39,977 bases of DNA from Candidatus Woesearchaeota archaeon. Lineage in GTDB: Archaea > Nanobdellota > Nanobdellia > Pacearchaeales > GW2011-AR1. Positions 17,694 to 26,556 of this stretch are shown one piece after another. The notes beneath the pieces are model-generated. The model saw nothing but the letters and a program-made list of their open reading frames with translations. It ran no database searches and was not told the DNA's origin. The translations under genes were made by a program, and so were the position numbers. The stretch's first letter is position 1, and the number at the start of each line of letters is the position of its first letter. The stretch is from positions 1-39,977 of the forward strand of contig CAZKUJ010000002.1 of assembly GCA_964555925.1 (NCBI GenBank). The letters run 5' to 3'.

Positions 17694-19712
17694 CTACTTT
17701 TTATCTTCTATGCGATTCAAAAAGCTTCTTATGAATTTTTTATGCTCTTCTGGATCTTTTATTTCTTTTATAGAATAAACATTTATACCGTTTTTTTCAT
17801 GCTTTATTGTTTTGGTACGAGATCTAAGCATATCATTCATTTTTTCTCCTAGAAGTATATCGTCTTCTGCAACAGACGCAATTTTCTTAGTACTTGCTAG
17901 AAGATTTCCAAGGCTCATAAATTTCAATGAATCTCTTTCTTGAGCAGCAACTATTTCTCCATAATTGAGTGAAATTCCGAAGTTTATTCTTTGCTTGAAA
18001 ATTTTATTATGATTATTTAAAATTTCTCTTATTTTTTGCGCAATTTCAAGAGCTGTTCCCTCGTTCTTGAATGTTCTTGTTTTGATTGGAGATATAATAA
18101 AGAAAAGAGTATTATGGCTTTCGTATGTTGCTGCTTTATGACTCTCTGCCAAATCAACAGCTTTTTGAATAGTTTCTTGAGCATTGCCTTCTTTAGAACC
18201 CAAATCTTTAAAATTTTTCAGATTTAAAGCTGCAACACACACGTTTTGCCGATCTCCCTTAATAGAAATGGAAAGCTCTGCCTTGTTTCTTGATTTAAAT
18301 AATGAGCCTTTTGCAAGAGGCACAAGACTTGCCGCATGTTCTTCTTTGTCATTTTTTTTAACTTTAGAAACTATGCGTCCTATGAAAGTTCTTTTGTATC
18401 CTCTTTTAAACATAAAGAAAGCAACAAAACCGAGTATTAAGATAACAAATATCCAAATAAATGGCTGATTGATTGCCTGTGTTGCTCTGCTCGATATTTC
18501 TTTTATATCTATAGATTTTCCAGTAAGCGCGACTTCTTCTAAAGCAGCGTAGTCTCCGGATATAACTTCAACATTATAATTACCATCAGGAGCAGTTAAA
18601 AGGTATTTTTGAAATTTATTTACATCAAGATAAACATCAATATTCAGGGTGCTATTTCCTATTTTAACAAGAGCTGTTTTGTTATAAGGAACATTTCCTG
18701 TGTTTGTGATAATTAGAGTTTTGTTTGTTATTTCAATGCTTATGCTTTCTTTTTTGATAATTATGAAATTAGATTCACTTGTTAACTCGTTTGAAGAAGC
18801 TAAAACTTTCCATTCAGAAGGTTTTTCGTTATTAGCTATTGGAAATTCAAAAAATTCATCTGTATTTATTTCAACCTGCTCAAAAATTTTGTCGTTTTTG
18901 TCTTTTATGATTATGGTTGTTGTTGAATATATTTTTTCTCCTGTTTGGTCGTAGAGTATTGCTTTAACTTTGAGATTGGTTCCTGGCCCAACTTCTTTAT
19001 TCTCAAAGAATATTTCAAGACTTTTTGGAACCTGATTTATCTTTATATTCTGACTTAGAAATCCCTTGTTTGTTGTTTCGCTATTAAAATCCAATTCATA
19101 CGCATTTAATTTTGCTAAATATGTTCCTGCTTTCATGTTTTCAGGAAGAGAGGCATTTATAGAGAAAAAACCTTTTGTTACTGTTTCAAGCTGGCTTAAA
19201 ATTGTGGATTCTCCTTCAACAATTGTGAGTTCAATAAATCCGTTTGCTTCTTTACCTGTTTCTTTTGTTACTTGTCCCCCAATTAAAATACTATCTTCTG
19301 GAACAAATTCAGAAGACTCAAAAGGTGCTTCTATAGTCATTAAATTAGAAATTTTGAAGTTATTAGTAAGAGTGTATTTTTCTCCAAGATAAGCTTTTAT
19401 TTTGCAAGTGCCTGTAGTGCCACCAATAACACTTTTTGTTAAAACAAGAGAAGCTTCCATTCTTTTTTCTTCTCCTGCAGAAAGGCTAACTCCATTTTTA
19501 AAGAAATTTATTTGAGCTGTTCCACAAAGAAGATCTACATTAAAAATTCCAGATATTGGTGAAACTGTTTTAATTGTTATTGGAATCAAAATAACATCCT
19601 CAAGATTATAGATTTCTTTTGGCTGTGAATTAATCATTATCTCTGCAGAAATAAATGGAGTAACCAAAAGAATTCCCAACAAAAATATTATTTGAAGCCC
19701 TGCTTTTTTCAT
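17694..19712 (-). CDS. Single-pass receptor-like protein: large ectodomain, TM helix, cytoplasmic alpha/beta domain (weak nucleotidyl-cyclase-like resemblance)
   Basis: 672 aa with a signal peptide, a beta-rich ectodomain of about 410 aa and a TM helix (FIWIFVILILGFVAFFMF). The C-terminal domain (VCVAALNLKNFKDL...FGISLNYGEIVAA...SLGNLLASTKKIASVAEDDILLGEKM) is laid out like a class III cyclase domain but lacks the metal-binding Asp of the FxDIxGFT motif. Confidence 0.35.
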   Translation of the reverse strand: MKKAGLQIIFLLGILLVTPFISAEIMINSQPKEIYNLEDVILIPITIKTVSPISGIFNVDLLCGTAQINFFKNGVSLSAGEEKRMEASLVLTKSVIGGTTGTCKIKAYLGEKYTLTNNFKISNLMTIEAPFESSEFVPEDSILIGGQVTKETGKEANGFIELTIVEGESTILSQLETVTKGFFSINASLPENMKAGTYLAKLNAYELDFNSETTNKGFLSQNIKINQVPKSLEIFFENKEVGPGTNLKVKAILYDQTGEKIYSTTTIIIKDKNDKIFEQVEINTDEFFEFPIANNEKPSEWKVLASSNELTSESNFIIIKKESISIEITNKTLIITNTGNVPYNKTALVKIGNSTLNIDVYLDVNKFQKYLLTAPDGNYNVEVISGDYAALEEVALTGKSIDIKEISSRATQAINQPFIWIFVILILGFVAFFMFKRGYKRTFIGRIVSKVKKNDKEEHAASLVPLAKGSLFKSRNKAELSISIKGDRQNVCVAALNLKNFKDLGSKEGNAQETIQKAVDLAESHKAATYESHNTLFFIISPIKTRTFKNEGTALEIAQKIREILNNHNKIFKQRINFGISLNYGEIVAAQERDSLKFMSLGNLLASTKKIASVAEDDILLGEKMNDMLRSRTKTIKHEKNGINVYSIKEIKDPEEHKKFIRSFLNRIEDKK

Positions 19713-19804
19713 GTCTGATAAAGCCGAACATTATTTATAAATATTTATATGGAAATTCTGGCTGCTCTAGATAGTTTTAAAAGATAAAATCGCCTTAAAA
19801 AAAC

Positions 19805-20884
19805 ATGGATTTGAAAATACTTGAAGAAGATAATAAGAAACTTATAGAGAAATTTGGAGCAGATGCTCTGTCAAAACTTAAAGAATTTCCAAATTTTTAC
19901 ACATTTAATCGCGGAATGATATATTCACACAGAGATTTTGACAAATTTTTTTCTGCTTTAAAAAAAGGCGAAAAATGTGCGATTGTTTCTGGACTAAATG
20001 CTTCAGGAACACTTCATATTGGACACAAACCTCTTTTTGATACAAATCTTTTTTTCCAGAAAAAATATGGAATTCCGGTTTTTATTCCTATTTCTGACGA
20101 TGAAAGTTATGTTGCTGGAAAAGTAAAAGACCAGAAAGAAGCACTGGCTAATTCTTTAGAACTTGCAAAAGAACTTATTGCTTATGGATTTGATCCAAAA
20201 AAAACCTATTTTATCATAGATCAGATTTACACAAATATCTACAATTTTGCAATAAAACTCTCAAAAAAAATAAATCTTTCTGAAATTAAAGCAAGTTATG
20301 GCTATAAAAACGAGGAAAACATTGGATTGCATTTTTATCCTGCTGTTCAGGCTGCACATATTCTGTTTCCACAAGAAAAATTCCAAATTTCAAATATTTT
20401 AGTTCCAATAGGACCTGATGAAGATGCACATATACGAATTTCAAGAGACATAGCAAGGAGAGCAGGATACAAAATACCTTCTATTTTACATCTTTTCTTT
20501 TTTCCAGGAATTGACGGAACAAAGATGTCAAAATCAAAGAGCAATGCAATATTTTTTAGAGACAGTCCAGAAATTATAAGAAAAAAAGTAAACAAAGCAT
20601 TTTCAGGAGGAAGAGATACAGAAGAAGAGCAAAGAAAATATGGAGCAGATCCAGATAAAGATGTTTCAATTTTCTATCTGACAAAACTATTTTTAAATGA
20701 AGAAGAGGGAAAAAGGCTGATTGAAGAATATAGGGCTGGAAAAATTCTGTCAAAGGAAATAAAAAATAAGCTTTATGATGAGCTGATTAAATTCACAAAA
20801 GAATTTCAAGAAAAACTGAAAAAAATTAAATTAAAAAATCTTGAAAAAAACATTCTAAAAAATGAACCTCTTGTTTTGCCTTGA
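19805..20884 (+). CDS. trpS: Tryptophan--tRNA ligase (archaeal/eukaryotic type; class Ic)
   Basis: 359 aa with a HIGH-type motif (GTLHIGH), a KMSKS motif and YPAVQAAH. TyrRS cannot be fully excluded by eye. Confidence 0.65.
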   Translation: MDLKILEEDNKKLIEKFGADALSKLKEFPNFYTFNRGMIYSHRDFDKFFSALKKGEKCAIVSGLNASGTLHIGHKPLFDTNLFFQKKYGIPVFIPISDDESYVAGKVKDQKEALANSLELAKELIAYGFDPKKTYFIIDQIYTNIYNFAIKLSKKINLSEIKASYGYKNEENIGLHFYPAVQAAHILFPQEKFQISNILVPIGPDEDAHIRISRDIARRAGYKIPSILHLFFFPGIDGTKMSKSKSNAIFFRDSPEIIRKKVNKAFSGGRDTEEEQRKYGADPDKDVSIFYLTKLFLNEEEGKRLIEEYRAGKILSKEIKNKLYDELIKFTKEFQEKLKKIKLKNLEKNILKNEPLVLP

Positions 20885-21356
20885 AAAACTAAACTCTTCA
20901 GATTTATTTAAAGAGTTTATAAAAGAAAATCCGAAAGCATATCTTTGTTTGGGGTTTTTTATAATAGATAAAGAAGGGAAAGGTGATCAAAAACATTTGG
21001 ATTTTTATGTTCCTCAAACTAAAAAGATGTTTAGTTTTAAAATTGACAATAATATTGAAAAAATTCCTGTTGAAAAAATTTCTAATGCAATTCCAGAAAA
21101 AATAGGAAAGAACATTGATTTTAACTTCGAAGAAATAGAGCAAATAATTGTTGCAGAGATGGAAAATCAAAAAATAAAAAACAAACTCCAAAAAATAATA
21201 ATCTCTTTGCAAGCATCTAAAGGAAAAAACTTTTTGGTTTGTACAGTATTTGTTTCAATGCTTGGACTTATAAAAATTCATATTGATATTGAACAGAATA
21301 AAATAGTTCTTTTTGAAAAGAAATCTATTTTTGATATGATTAAAAGAGTGAAATAG
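20862..21356 (+). CDS. Hypothetical protein
   Basis: 164-aa ORF whose 5' end overlaps trpS by 23 nt. No motifs recognised. Confidence 0.45.
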   Translation: MNLLFCLEKLNSSDLFKEFIKENPKAYLCLGFFIIDKEGKGDQKHLDFYVPQTKKMFSFKIDNNIEKIPVEKISNAIPEKIGKNIDFNFEEIEQIIVAEMENQKIKNKLQKIIISLQASKGKNFLVCTVFVSMLGLIKIHIDIEQNKIVLFEKKSIFDMIKRVK

Positions 21357-21504
21357 ATCCTTGAGAATTCTCCATATGGCGCCTTAGAAATAAAAGGAAA
21401 AATTTATAAATAAACTAAAAAAGAAAGGAACAGAGTAAAAATGAAGATTTTAACCAAAAATTCTACATTGACTACTCTATTTTAGCATAAAATTTTATAA
21501 TAAC

Positions 21505-22635
21505 ATGAAAAAAAATCATTACATACTGGGATTTTCCAGAAGAAGAAGCGGAGCATTTGAGCATTCATGGAACCTCGCCAAAAATTTGGATAAAAGAGGT
21601 TATGAGGCAAAATATTATTCTAGCTGGTGGGAAGACGCTCCTGTCGATGTTAATCTTTTAACAGAAGAAATTCACCCTTTAGAAGAAAAAGAATTAAAAA
21701 ATCTAAATGGAATTATTCATCTTCAGACACATACATGGGAATATAGGGGCTTACTTGATAAAATTCTTGCAGGAAAAAAACAGACTCTAATTTATGGTCT
21801 TCATGCAATTATTCCTTATTATCATATTAAGGAAAGTGATAAAATCCCTTTTTTAGATGGAGGATTTCCTCAATCTTACGCAAATAGTTTAATAAATAAT
21901 CTCTCTGAAAGAGAAAAAGCTCAATTAAGCGCTATTGATAAATCAGATTATTTATTCACAATATCAAAGAATCATAAAAAAGCTCTTGAACTATTTGGAA
22001 TACAGAAACCAATCCATGTTTTTGAAAATGTTTCTGATTTTTATGACTTGCCTGAAGAAATAATCAAAGAAACAAATAATAAAGCTCTAGAATTTAGAGA
22101 ATCTCTGAGAAAAGAAAATATATTGCTTTATTGCGGCAGAATATATTTTAAAAAAGGAGCCAATTGTTTATTTGAATCTTTTAAAAAAATAAGAAAAGAA
22201 TATCCTTCATCTCAATTGGTTCTTTTGGGCACAAAAGAAGAAATGAAAGAAGAGATGATTCGATATGGTTTAGATGAAACTATTGCAAATTCCATAACTT
22301 TTGTTCCATGGATTAAGAAATTAGAAAGGAATTCTATTAAAGATATTCTTAAATACTTTTTAGCTTCAGATGTTTTGATTCAACCAATGATTACTCCAGA
22401 ACTTTATTCTAAATCAGTTATTGATGCAATGACTCTCGGGATTCCAACAATTACATGCAAAAGTCCGTATTCAATTGGGTCTTCTGAAGATATGGGAGCG
22501 ATATTTAATTCTTTTACAAAAATTCAAGAGAATTCTGAGGAAGTTCGAGAAATTGTAAATAAAGCCAAGAAAAAAGTAGCTTCAGAAAACACCTGGGATT
22601 CTTATATTTCAAGATTAGAGGAAATTGTTTCTTAA
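21505..22635 (+). CDS. GT-B fold glycosyltransferase (GT4/GT1-like)
   Basis: 376 aa. The C-terminal half (LLYCGRIYFKKG...LVLLG...SKSVIDAMTLGIPTI) matches the Glycos_transf_1 pattern. Confidence 0.65.
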   Translation: MKKNHYILGFSRRRSGAFEHSWNLAKNLDKRGYEAKYYSSWWEDAPVDVNLLTEEIHPLEEKELKNLNGIIHLQTHTWEYRGLLDKILAGKKQTLIYGLHAIIPYYHIKESDKIPFLDGGFPQSYANSLINNLSEREKAQLSAIDKSDYLFTISKNHKKALELFGIQKPIHVFENVSDFYDLPEEIIKETNNKALEFRESLRKENILLYCGRIYFKKGANCLFESFKKIRKEYPSSQLVLLGTKEEMKEEMIRYGLDETIANSITFVPWIKKLERNSIKDILKYFLASDVLIQPMITPELYSKSVIDAMTLGIPTITCKSPYSIGSSEDMGAIFNSFTKIQENSEEVREIVNKAKKKVASENTWDSYISRLEEIVS

Positions 22636-22756
22636 AAACGCCCAAACTTGGTAAACAGAATAATGGTTTCTTAAGGATTCTAATCTATAGAAAAGTGTCT
22701 ATACTAATTCAACTATTGCAAAAAAAGTATTTAAGCATTAATTTTCATATCTTTAT

Positions 22757-23266
22757 ATGAACACTAGTTATTTAATAATTGGGGTTATAGCAGGGGTAAT
22801 GGCTCTTATTGTCGTTTTATGGATTTTGAAAAAAACAAAAGGATCTATAGAAATAGTGCCTGAAAAGTACAGTTATTCTTCTGGCGAAACCATTAAAGGC
22901 AATTTATCATTGAAACTTAAAAAACCAGTAGAGTCAACAAAACTTGTTGTCGGATTGAAATGTGAAAGAGTAGAGAAAACTTATTCAGCAGATTCTAAAA
23001 GCTCACAATCTAAAAAAGTCCCCTTATTTGATTTTAATCAGCCATTAGAAGGGAAGAAAAATTATTCCCCCTCTGAATATAACTATGATTTTTCAATAAA
23101 AATACCTCAAAACGTTTCCCAAAAATTAGAAGGTGTAGCAGGTACATTAGTAAAATCTGCTCAGATCTTAATGGGAAAAAATTCTTCTACAAAATGGTAC
23201 CTTTATGCAGAGCTTAAATGCAAGGGCATAAATTTATCAAAAAAGATACAAATAAACATTATCTGA
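22757..23266 (+). CDS. Membrane-anchored hypothetical protein
   Basis: 169 aa with one N-terminal TM helix followed by a beta-rich domain. Confidence 0.5.
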   Translation: MNTSYLIIGVIAGVMALIVVLWILKKTKGSIEIVPEKYSYSSGETIKGNLSLKLKKPVESTKLVVGLKCERVEKTYSADSKSSQSKKVPLFDFNQPLEGKKNYSPSEYNYDFSIKIPQNVSQKLEGVAGTLVKSAQILMGKNSSTKWYLYAELKCKGINLSKKIQINII

Positions 23267-23307
23267 AATTGAATTCTTGCAAATAAACATTTTATCTTCA
23301 GTAAAAA

Positions 23308-23321
23308 ATACGCCCCGACCG
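23308..23321. repeat. 14-nt direct repeat of the tRNA-Glu(UUC) 3' end (att-like; partner at 24264-24277)
   Basis: atacgccccgaccg occurs at 23308-23321 and at 24264-24277. The second copy is the acceptor 3' strand plus discriminator plus 3 nt. The similarity extends to 16 of 17 positions. It is a GC-rich 14-mer in an AT-rich context. Confidence 0.8.
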
Positions 23322-23351
23322 AGACAGTATCAAAAGTGATACAGTTTAGAC

Positions 23352-24206
23352 TTATTTTGTATACCTTTTTTTATGAACAGCCAAATATCTTTTTATAAAA
23401 TAATCAACAAAGGCTTCTTGACCCTTAGGAAAAGCATTATAATAAGATCTTCTTTTTTTGTATTCAATAATAAGCATAGGATAACCAGCATGCCAAAGAA
23501 TATAATTCATCAATAATCTTCCAATTCTCCCATTCCCATCTCCAAAAGGGTGAATGCTCTCAAATTTGTAATGTGTTCTTGCAGCTAGCTCTACAGGATT
23601 AAGTTTTGATTTATTAGAAAATTCAATAATTTGATTCATCGTAGTTTTAATCTTAGTCCAAGGGGGAGCAACATAACTTCCAACTCGTACAAGATAATTT
23701 CTATATTTTCCAGCAATATCTTGTTTTGTTTCACCAAAAATTTCTTTATGCCATTTTAATAACAATTCATTACTAATCTTCCCTTTTTTCTTTAACATTT
23801 CTAAAAATACTTTATTATGCATTTCTGTTTCTTTTATATCTCTAATTGGTTTATTTGGAGCTATTTTATCTTGAATTATTTCTCTTACTTCATGTAAAGT
23901 TATTATAGACCCCTCAATAGCATTAGAGTTATATGTAAATGCGATAGATATTTCTTCAAGTTCTTTCTCTTTAGCACTTTTAGGAATTTTTTTCCATTCG
24001 TTCTGGAAATTTCTCCTTATCTCTTCCAGTTTTTTATAGAGATTAATCTTTAATTCCCTGCTGAATTCTTCTTTTATCTTATCAATGTTTTTTGGAATTG
24101 AAGTGCCAAGATATTTTTCTTTTTTTACTATCTTATTTCCTTTTCTTATGCTGTGCCCTAAATAATAATATGCCTTTTTACCTTTGGTTTTCTTTCTTAT
24201 AATCAT
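23352..24206 (-). CDS. Fic-domain protein (AMPylase family), class II-type with intramolecular inhibitory motif
   Basis: It carries the canonical Fic motif HPFGDGNGRIGR. Upstream, SNAIEG matches the (S/T)xxxE(G/N) inhibitory helix. The track ORF (to 24296) runs into the tRNA, so I place the start at the ATG at 24206 (MIIRKKTKGKKAYYYLG), which has a TATA-like ATATATAAATA about 25 nt upstream. Confidence 0.85.
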   Translation of the reverse strand: MIIRKKTKGKKAYYYLGHSIRKGNKIVKKEKYLGTSIPKNIDKIKEEFSRELKINLYKKLEEIRRNFQNEWKKIPKSAKEKELEEISIAFTYNSNAIEGSIITLHEVREIIQDKIAPNKPIRDIKETEMHNKVFLEMLKKKGKISNELLLKWHKEIFGETKQDIAGKYRNYLVRVGSYVAPPWTKIKTTMNQIIEFSNKSKLNPVELAARTHYKFESIHPFGDGNGRIGRLLMNYILWHAGYPMLIIEYKKRRSYYNAFPKGQEAFVDYFIKRYLAVHKKRYTK

Positions 24207-24266
24207 AGAATAATATACCCCTACATATTTATATATTTTTCTATTTTCATTTAAGATGTAGGGATA

Positions 24267-24420
24267 CGCCCCGACCGGGATTCGAACCCGGGTCACGGCC
24301 GGACTTCACGTAGTTTAGCGTTGTCGTTTGAATCAGAAATTCTTGCGAATTTCTTCAGCAATCGTTGGTTTGCACCATCGCTTGAAAGGGCCGCATTCTT
24401 GGCCACTGAACTATCGGGGC
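24267..24420 (-). tRNA. tRNA-Glu (anticodon UUC) with 81-nt intron
   Basis: Acceptor GCCCCGA/TCGGGGC, D arm GTTC..GAAT, anticodon stem CGGCC/GGCCG with loop C-T-TTC-A, T arm CCGGG-TTCGAAT-CCCGG, discriminator G. The intron is at 37/38 and is paralogous to the intron of the gene at 492-641. Confidence 0.85.
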
Positions 24421-24552
24421 TTTAGCATCTGATAGAGCTTAGCAAAATCTTTTGATTTTAGCCTGAACTATCGGGATTTTTTGATTTAAGTAGAATGAGA
24501 TTTTTAATTTTTAAAGCTTCTCTTTATTGCGAAAAATAAGAATTGCGCCTTT

Positions 24553-24765
24553 TTATTTTTTCTTTGATTTTGAGCTTCGTTCTTCTGGAATGATTGCCCA
24601 TGCTACAAGATAGGCTATTAAACCAACTCCAACAGATAGAATTGTTAGAATTGCCCAAGTTAATCTTACAATTGTTGGATCAATATCCAAAAAATCTCCA
24701 ATTCCTGCGCAAACACCCCCAACCATCTTTTCTTTTTTGTTTCTATAAAGTCTTTTGCGAGCCAT
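24553..24765 (-). CDS. PspC-domain membrane protein
   Basis: 70 aa. LYRNKKEKMVGGVCAGIGDFLDIDPTIVRLTWAILTILS...LIAYLVAWAIIPE is the PspC signature. Confidence 0.8.
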   Translation of the reverse strand: MARKRLYRNKKEKMVGGVCAGIGDFLDIDPTIVRLTWAILTILSVGVGLIAYLVAWAIIPEERSSKSKKK

Positions 24766-24843
24766 TTATATTTTTAAATTAGTTATGTTTTTAAGCTTTT
24801 TGCGAAAAACCCTTATTATGAAATTCTATCGAATAATAATTAA

Positions 24844-24853
24844 TTTTATAAAA
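24844..24853 (+). promoter_or_regulatory. Array promoter copy 1 (TATA-like TTTTATAAAA, 30 nt upstream of the ATG)
   Basis: Part of the conserved ...(t)aattaatTTTTATAAA... block repeated upstream of every array gene. The spacing to the ATG implies a leaderless or very short-leader mRNA. Confidence 0.6.
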
Positions 24854-24873
24854 TCTATTTTATTAAGATATTA

Positions 24874-26517
24874 ATGAAAAAGAGTTTGATTTGTTTGCTA
24901 ATTTTTGTTTTTATATTATTTTTATTTCCGACGATTAATGCGGCGACAATTAATGCAAATTCTTGTTCTTTAGAAGATGTTCAGAAAGCAATCGATGCTG
25001 CAGAACCTGGAGATGTAGTTAGAGTTCCTGCTGGAAACTGTGTGTGGGGCACTGGAAGAAGGACCATAGACAGTGGTTTTTATGTTTATCCTTCTTTAGC
25101 AATTAATAAGTCTCTTGCTTTAATAGGTGAAGGAATCAATAAAACAAACATAACATGCACACATAACCAGAGTGCGATTATATACAAACCAGCAAACTTT
25201 TCTGCTAATGATCCTTTTAGAATTTCAGGATTTACTTTTGATTTTGATGACCAGTGCACAGGTATTAGGCTTTCATACAGTTATACTGATTTGACTATTC
25301 AAACAAAAATAAGAATAGACCACAATCACTTTAAAGATTCTGCTAGTCAGGCATTAACTATAAACGGTTACCGCGGAGTTGCTGACCACAATATATTCAC
25401 AGGCACCGATTATCCAATTCGATTCGCATCTGGAGATGACCATGACTGGTGGCAAAATTGGGAAGGAATTGTTTTTGGCAAGGCTGACAACAATTTTTAT
25501 TTTGAAGACAATATAATTGAGGCTTATGATGCAATGGTGGATTGTCAGTATGGAAACAGATATGCGTTTCGATACAATACTATTAGAGCATTAGGTCCAG
25601 CGTCATACCCACTTATGGACATGCATGGTGATGTAGGAACTGAAAGCGGCGGATGTGCTTATAGGTCATGTTTTGGCTCAGAAATATATGGAAATCACAT
25701 ATCACTTAATTCTGGTTATGCTGATTTTAGGGGCGGAAAACATGCTATCTTCTATAACTATATTTCTAAAACAGGAAATTTCTGGGGATTGCGTGATTCA
25801 GAGGGCGTATCATTAGGATGGGAAGCATGTGATTGTGTTTATTGTGATACTGATAACCCGCAGCCGCAGCATATTAGTGATAGCTATTCATGGAATAACC
25901 GCGGGAGTTCTTTGACAGGACCAATCTCTAACTTTTATAGCCGTGGCTTCGCGGATTGTGTGGAGAAATGTGGCTATATCGTAAATGAGAACGACGAGTT
26001 TTTCAATTTCAATCCTTCCTTTGATGGAACATCAGGCGTTGGATGCGATACTTTATCTGAAAGACCAGGCACATGCACTTTTGGTGTGGGTTATTGGGCA
26101 ACAGCTCAAAGCTGTTCTGATTTAACTGGATTTGTAGGGGCTAATCATACTAACATCATATCAGGCACACTTTACAAATGTACTTCTCCTAATACTTGGA
26201 CTGTTTATTACACACCTTACATCTATCCTCATCCACTTTCTGTCGCTCCATCTGGAACAAATATTTGTGATGAAGGAAAGATAATTTCAGAATGCTGGTG
26301 CGAAGGATTGAAATCTGTTGGTTATTGTTATAATGGATATTATTCTACAGAAGAAGGGGAGAGAATTATTCCACCACCTGCAGAAGAAGAGCAACCCTCT
26401 TTAGGTGGAGTTGCCACACTTCAAGACATGCTCAACTCTTATCAAAGATATAAAAGAAATGAGGTAAGTTTACTTTATTTCTTAGATAAATTGAGAAGCT
26501 GGATTATTTTCAGATAG
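24874..26517 (+). CDS. Array member 1: secreted right-handed beta-helix-like (pectin-lyase-fold-like) protein with conserved Cys-knot and C-terminal tail
   Basis: Signal peptide MKKSLICLLIFVFILFLFPTINA. N-cap ATINANSCSLEDVQKAIDAAEPGDVVRVPAGNCVW. Rung-like motifs IDHNHF, ADHNIF, FEDNII, FRYNTI, IYGNHI, FYNYI. 3' cassette from 26206: YYTPYIYPHPL, ICDEGKIISECWCEGLKSVGYCYNGYY, PPPAEEEQPSLG and the tail VATLQDMLNSYQRYKRNEVSLLYFLDKLRSWIIFR. Confidence 0.8.
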   Translation: MKKSLICLLIFVFILFLFPTINAATINANSCSLEDVQKAIDAAEPGDVVRVPAGNCVWGTGRRTIDSGFYVYPSLAINKSLALIGEGINKTNITCTHNQSAIIYKPANFSANDPFRISGFTFDFDDQCTGIRLSYSYTDLTIQTKIRIDHNHFKDSASQALTINGYRGVADHNIFTGTDYPIRFASGDDHDWWQNWEGIVFGKADNNFYFEDNIIEAYDAMVDCQYGNRYAFRYNTIRALGPASYPLMDMHGDVGTESGGCAYRSCFGSEIYGNHISLNSGYADFRGGKHAIFYNYISKTGNFWGLRDSEGVSLGWEACDCVYCDTDNPQPQHISDSYSWNNRGSSLTGPISNFYSRGFADCVEKCGYIVNENDEFFNFNPSFDGTSGVGCDTLSERPGTCTFGVGYWATAQSCSDLTGFVGANHTNIISGTLYKCTSPNTWTVYYTPYIYPHPLSVAPSGTNICDEGKIISECWCEGLKSVGYCYNGYYSTEEGERIIPPPAEEEQPSLGGVATLQDMLNSYQRYKRNEVSLLYFLDKLRSWIIFR

Positions 26518-26526
26518 TTTAATTAA

Positions 26527-26535
26527 TTTTATAAG
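26527..26535 (+). promoter_or_regulatory. Array promoter copy 2 (TTTTATAAG, 30 nt upstream of the ATG at 26557)
   Basis: Same conserved block (tttaattaattttataag). Confidence 0.55.
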
Positions 26536-26556
26536 TTCTGTTTTATTATGATATTA

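Noticed and set aside
21421-21465. Tiny ORF (atgaagattttaacc...tag) upstream of the glycosyltransferase as a leader peptide
   Set aside because: It is only about 14 codons in AT-rich intergenic DNA and has no recognisable attenuator structure. There is not enough evidence to call it.
24207-24296. N-terminal 30 codons of track ORF 23352..24296 (MTRVRIPVGAYPYIL...)
   Set aside because: This extension overlaps the 3' exon of tRNA-Glu(UUC). The internal ATG at 24206 is preceded by a TATA-like box and begins the conserved KGKxYYYL-type N-terminus.
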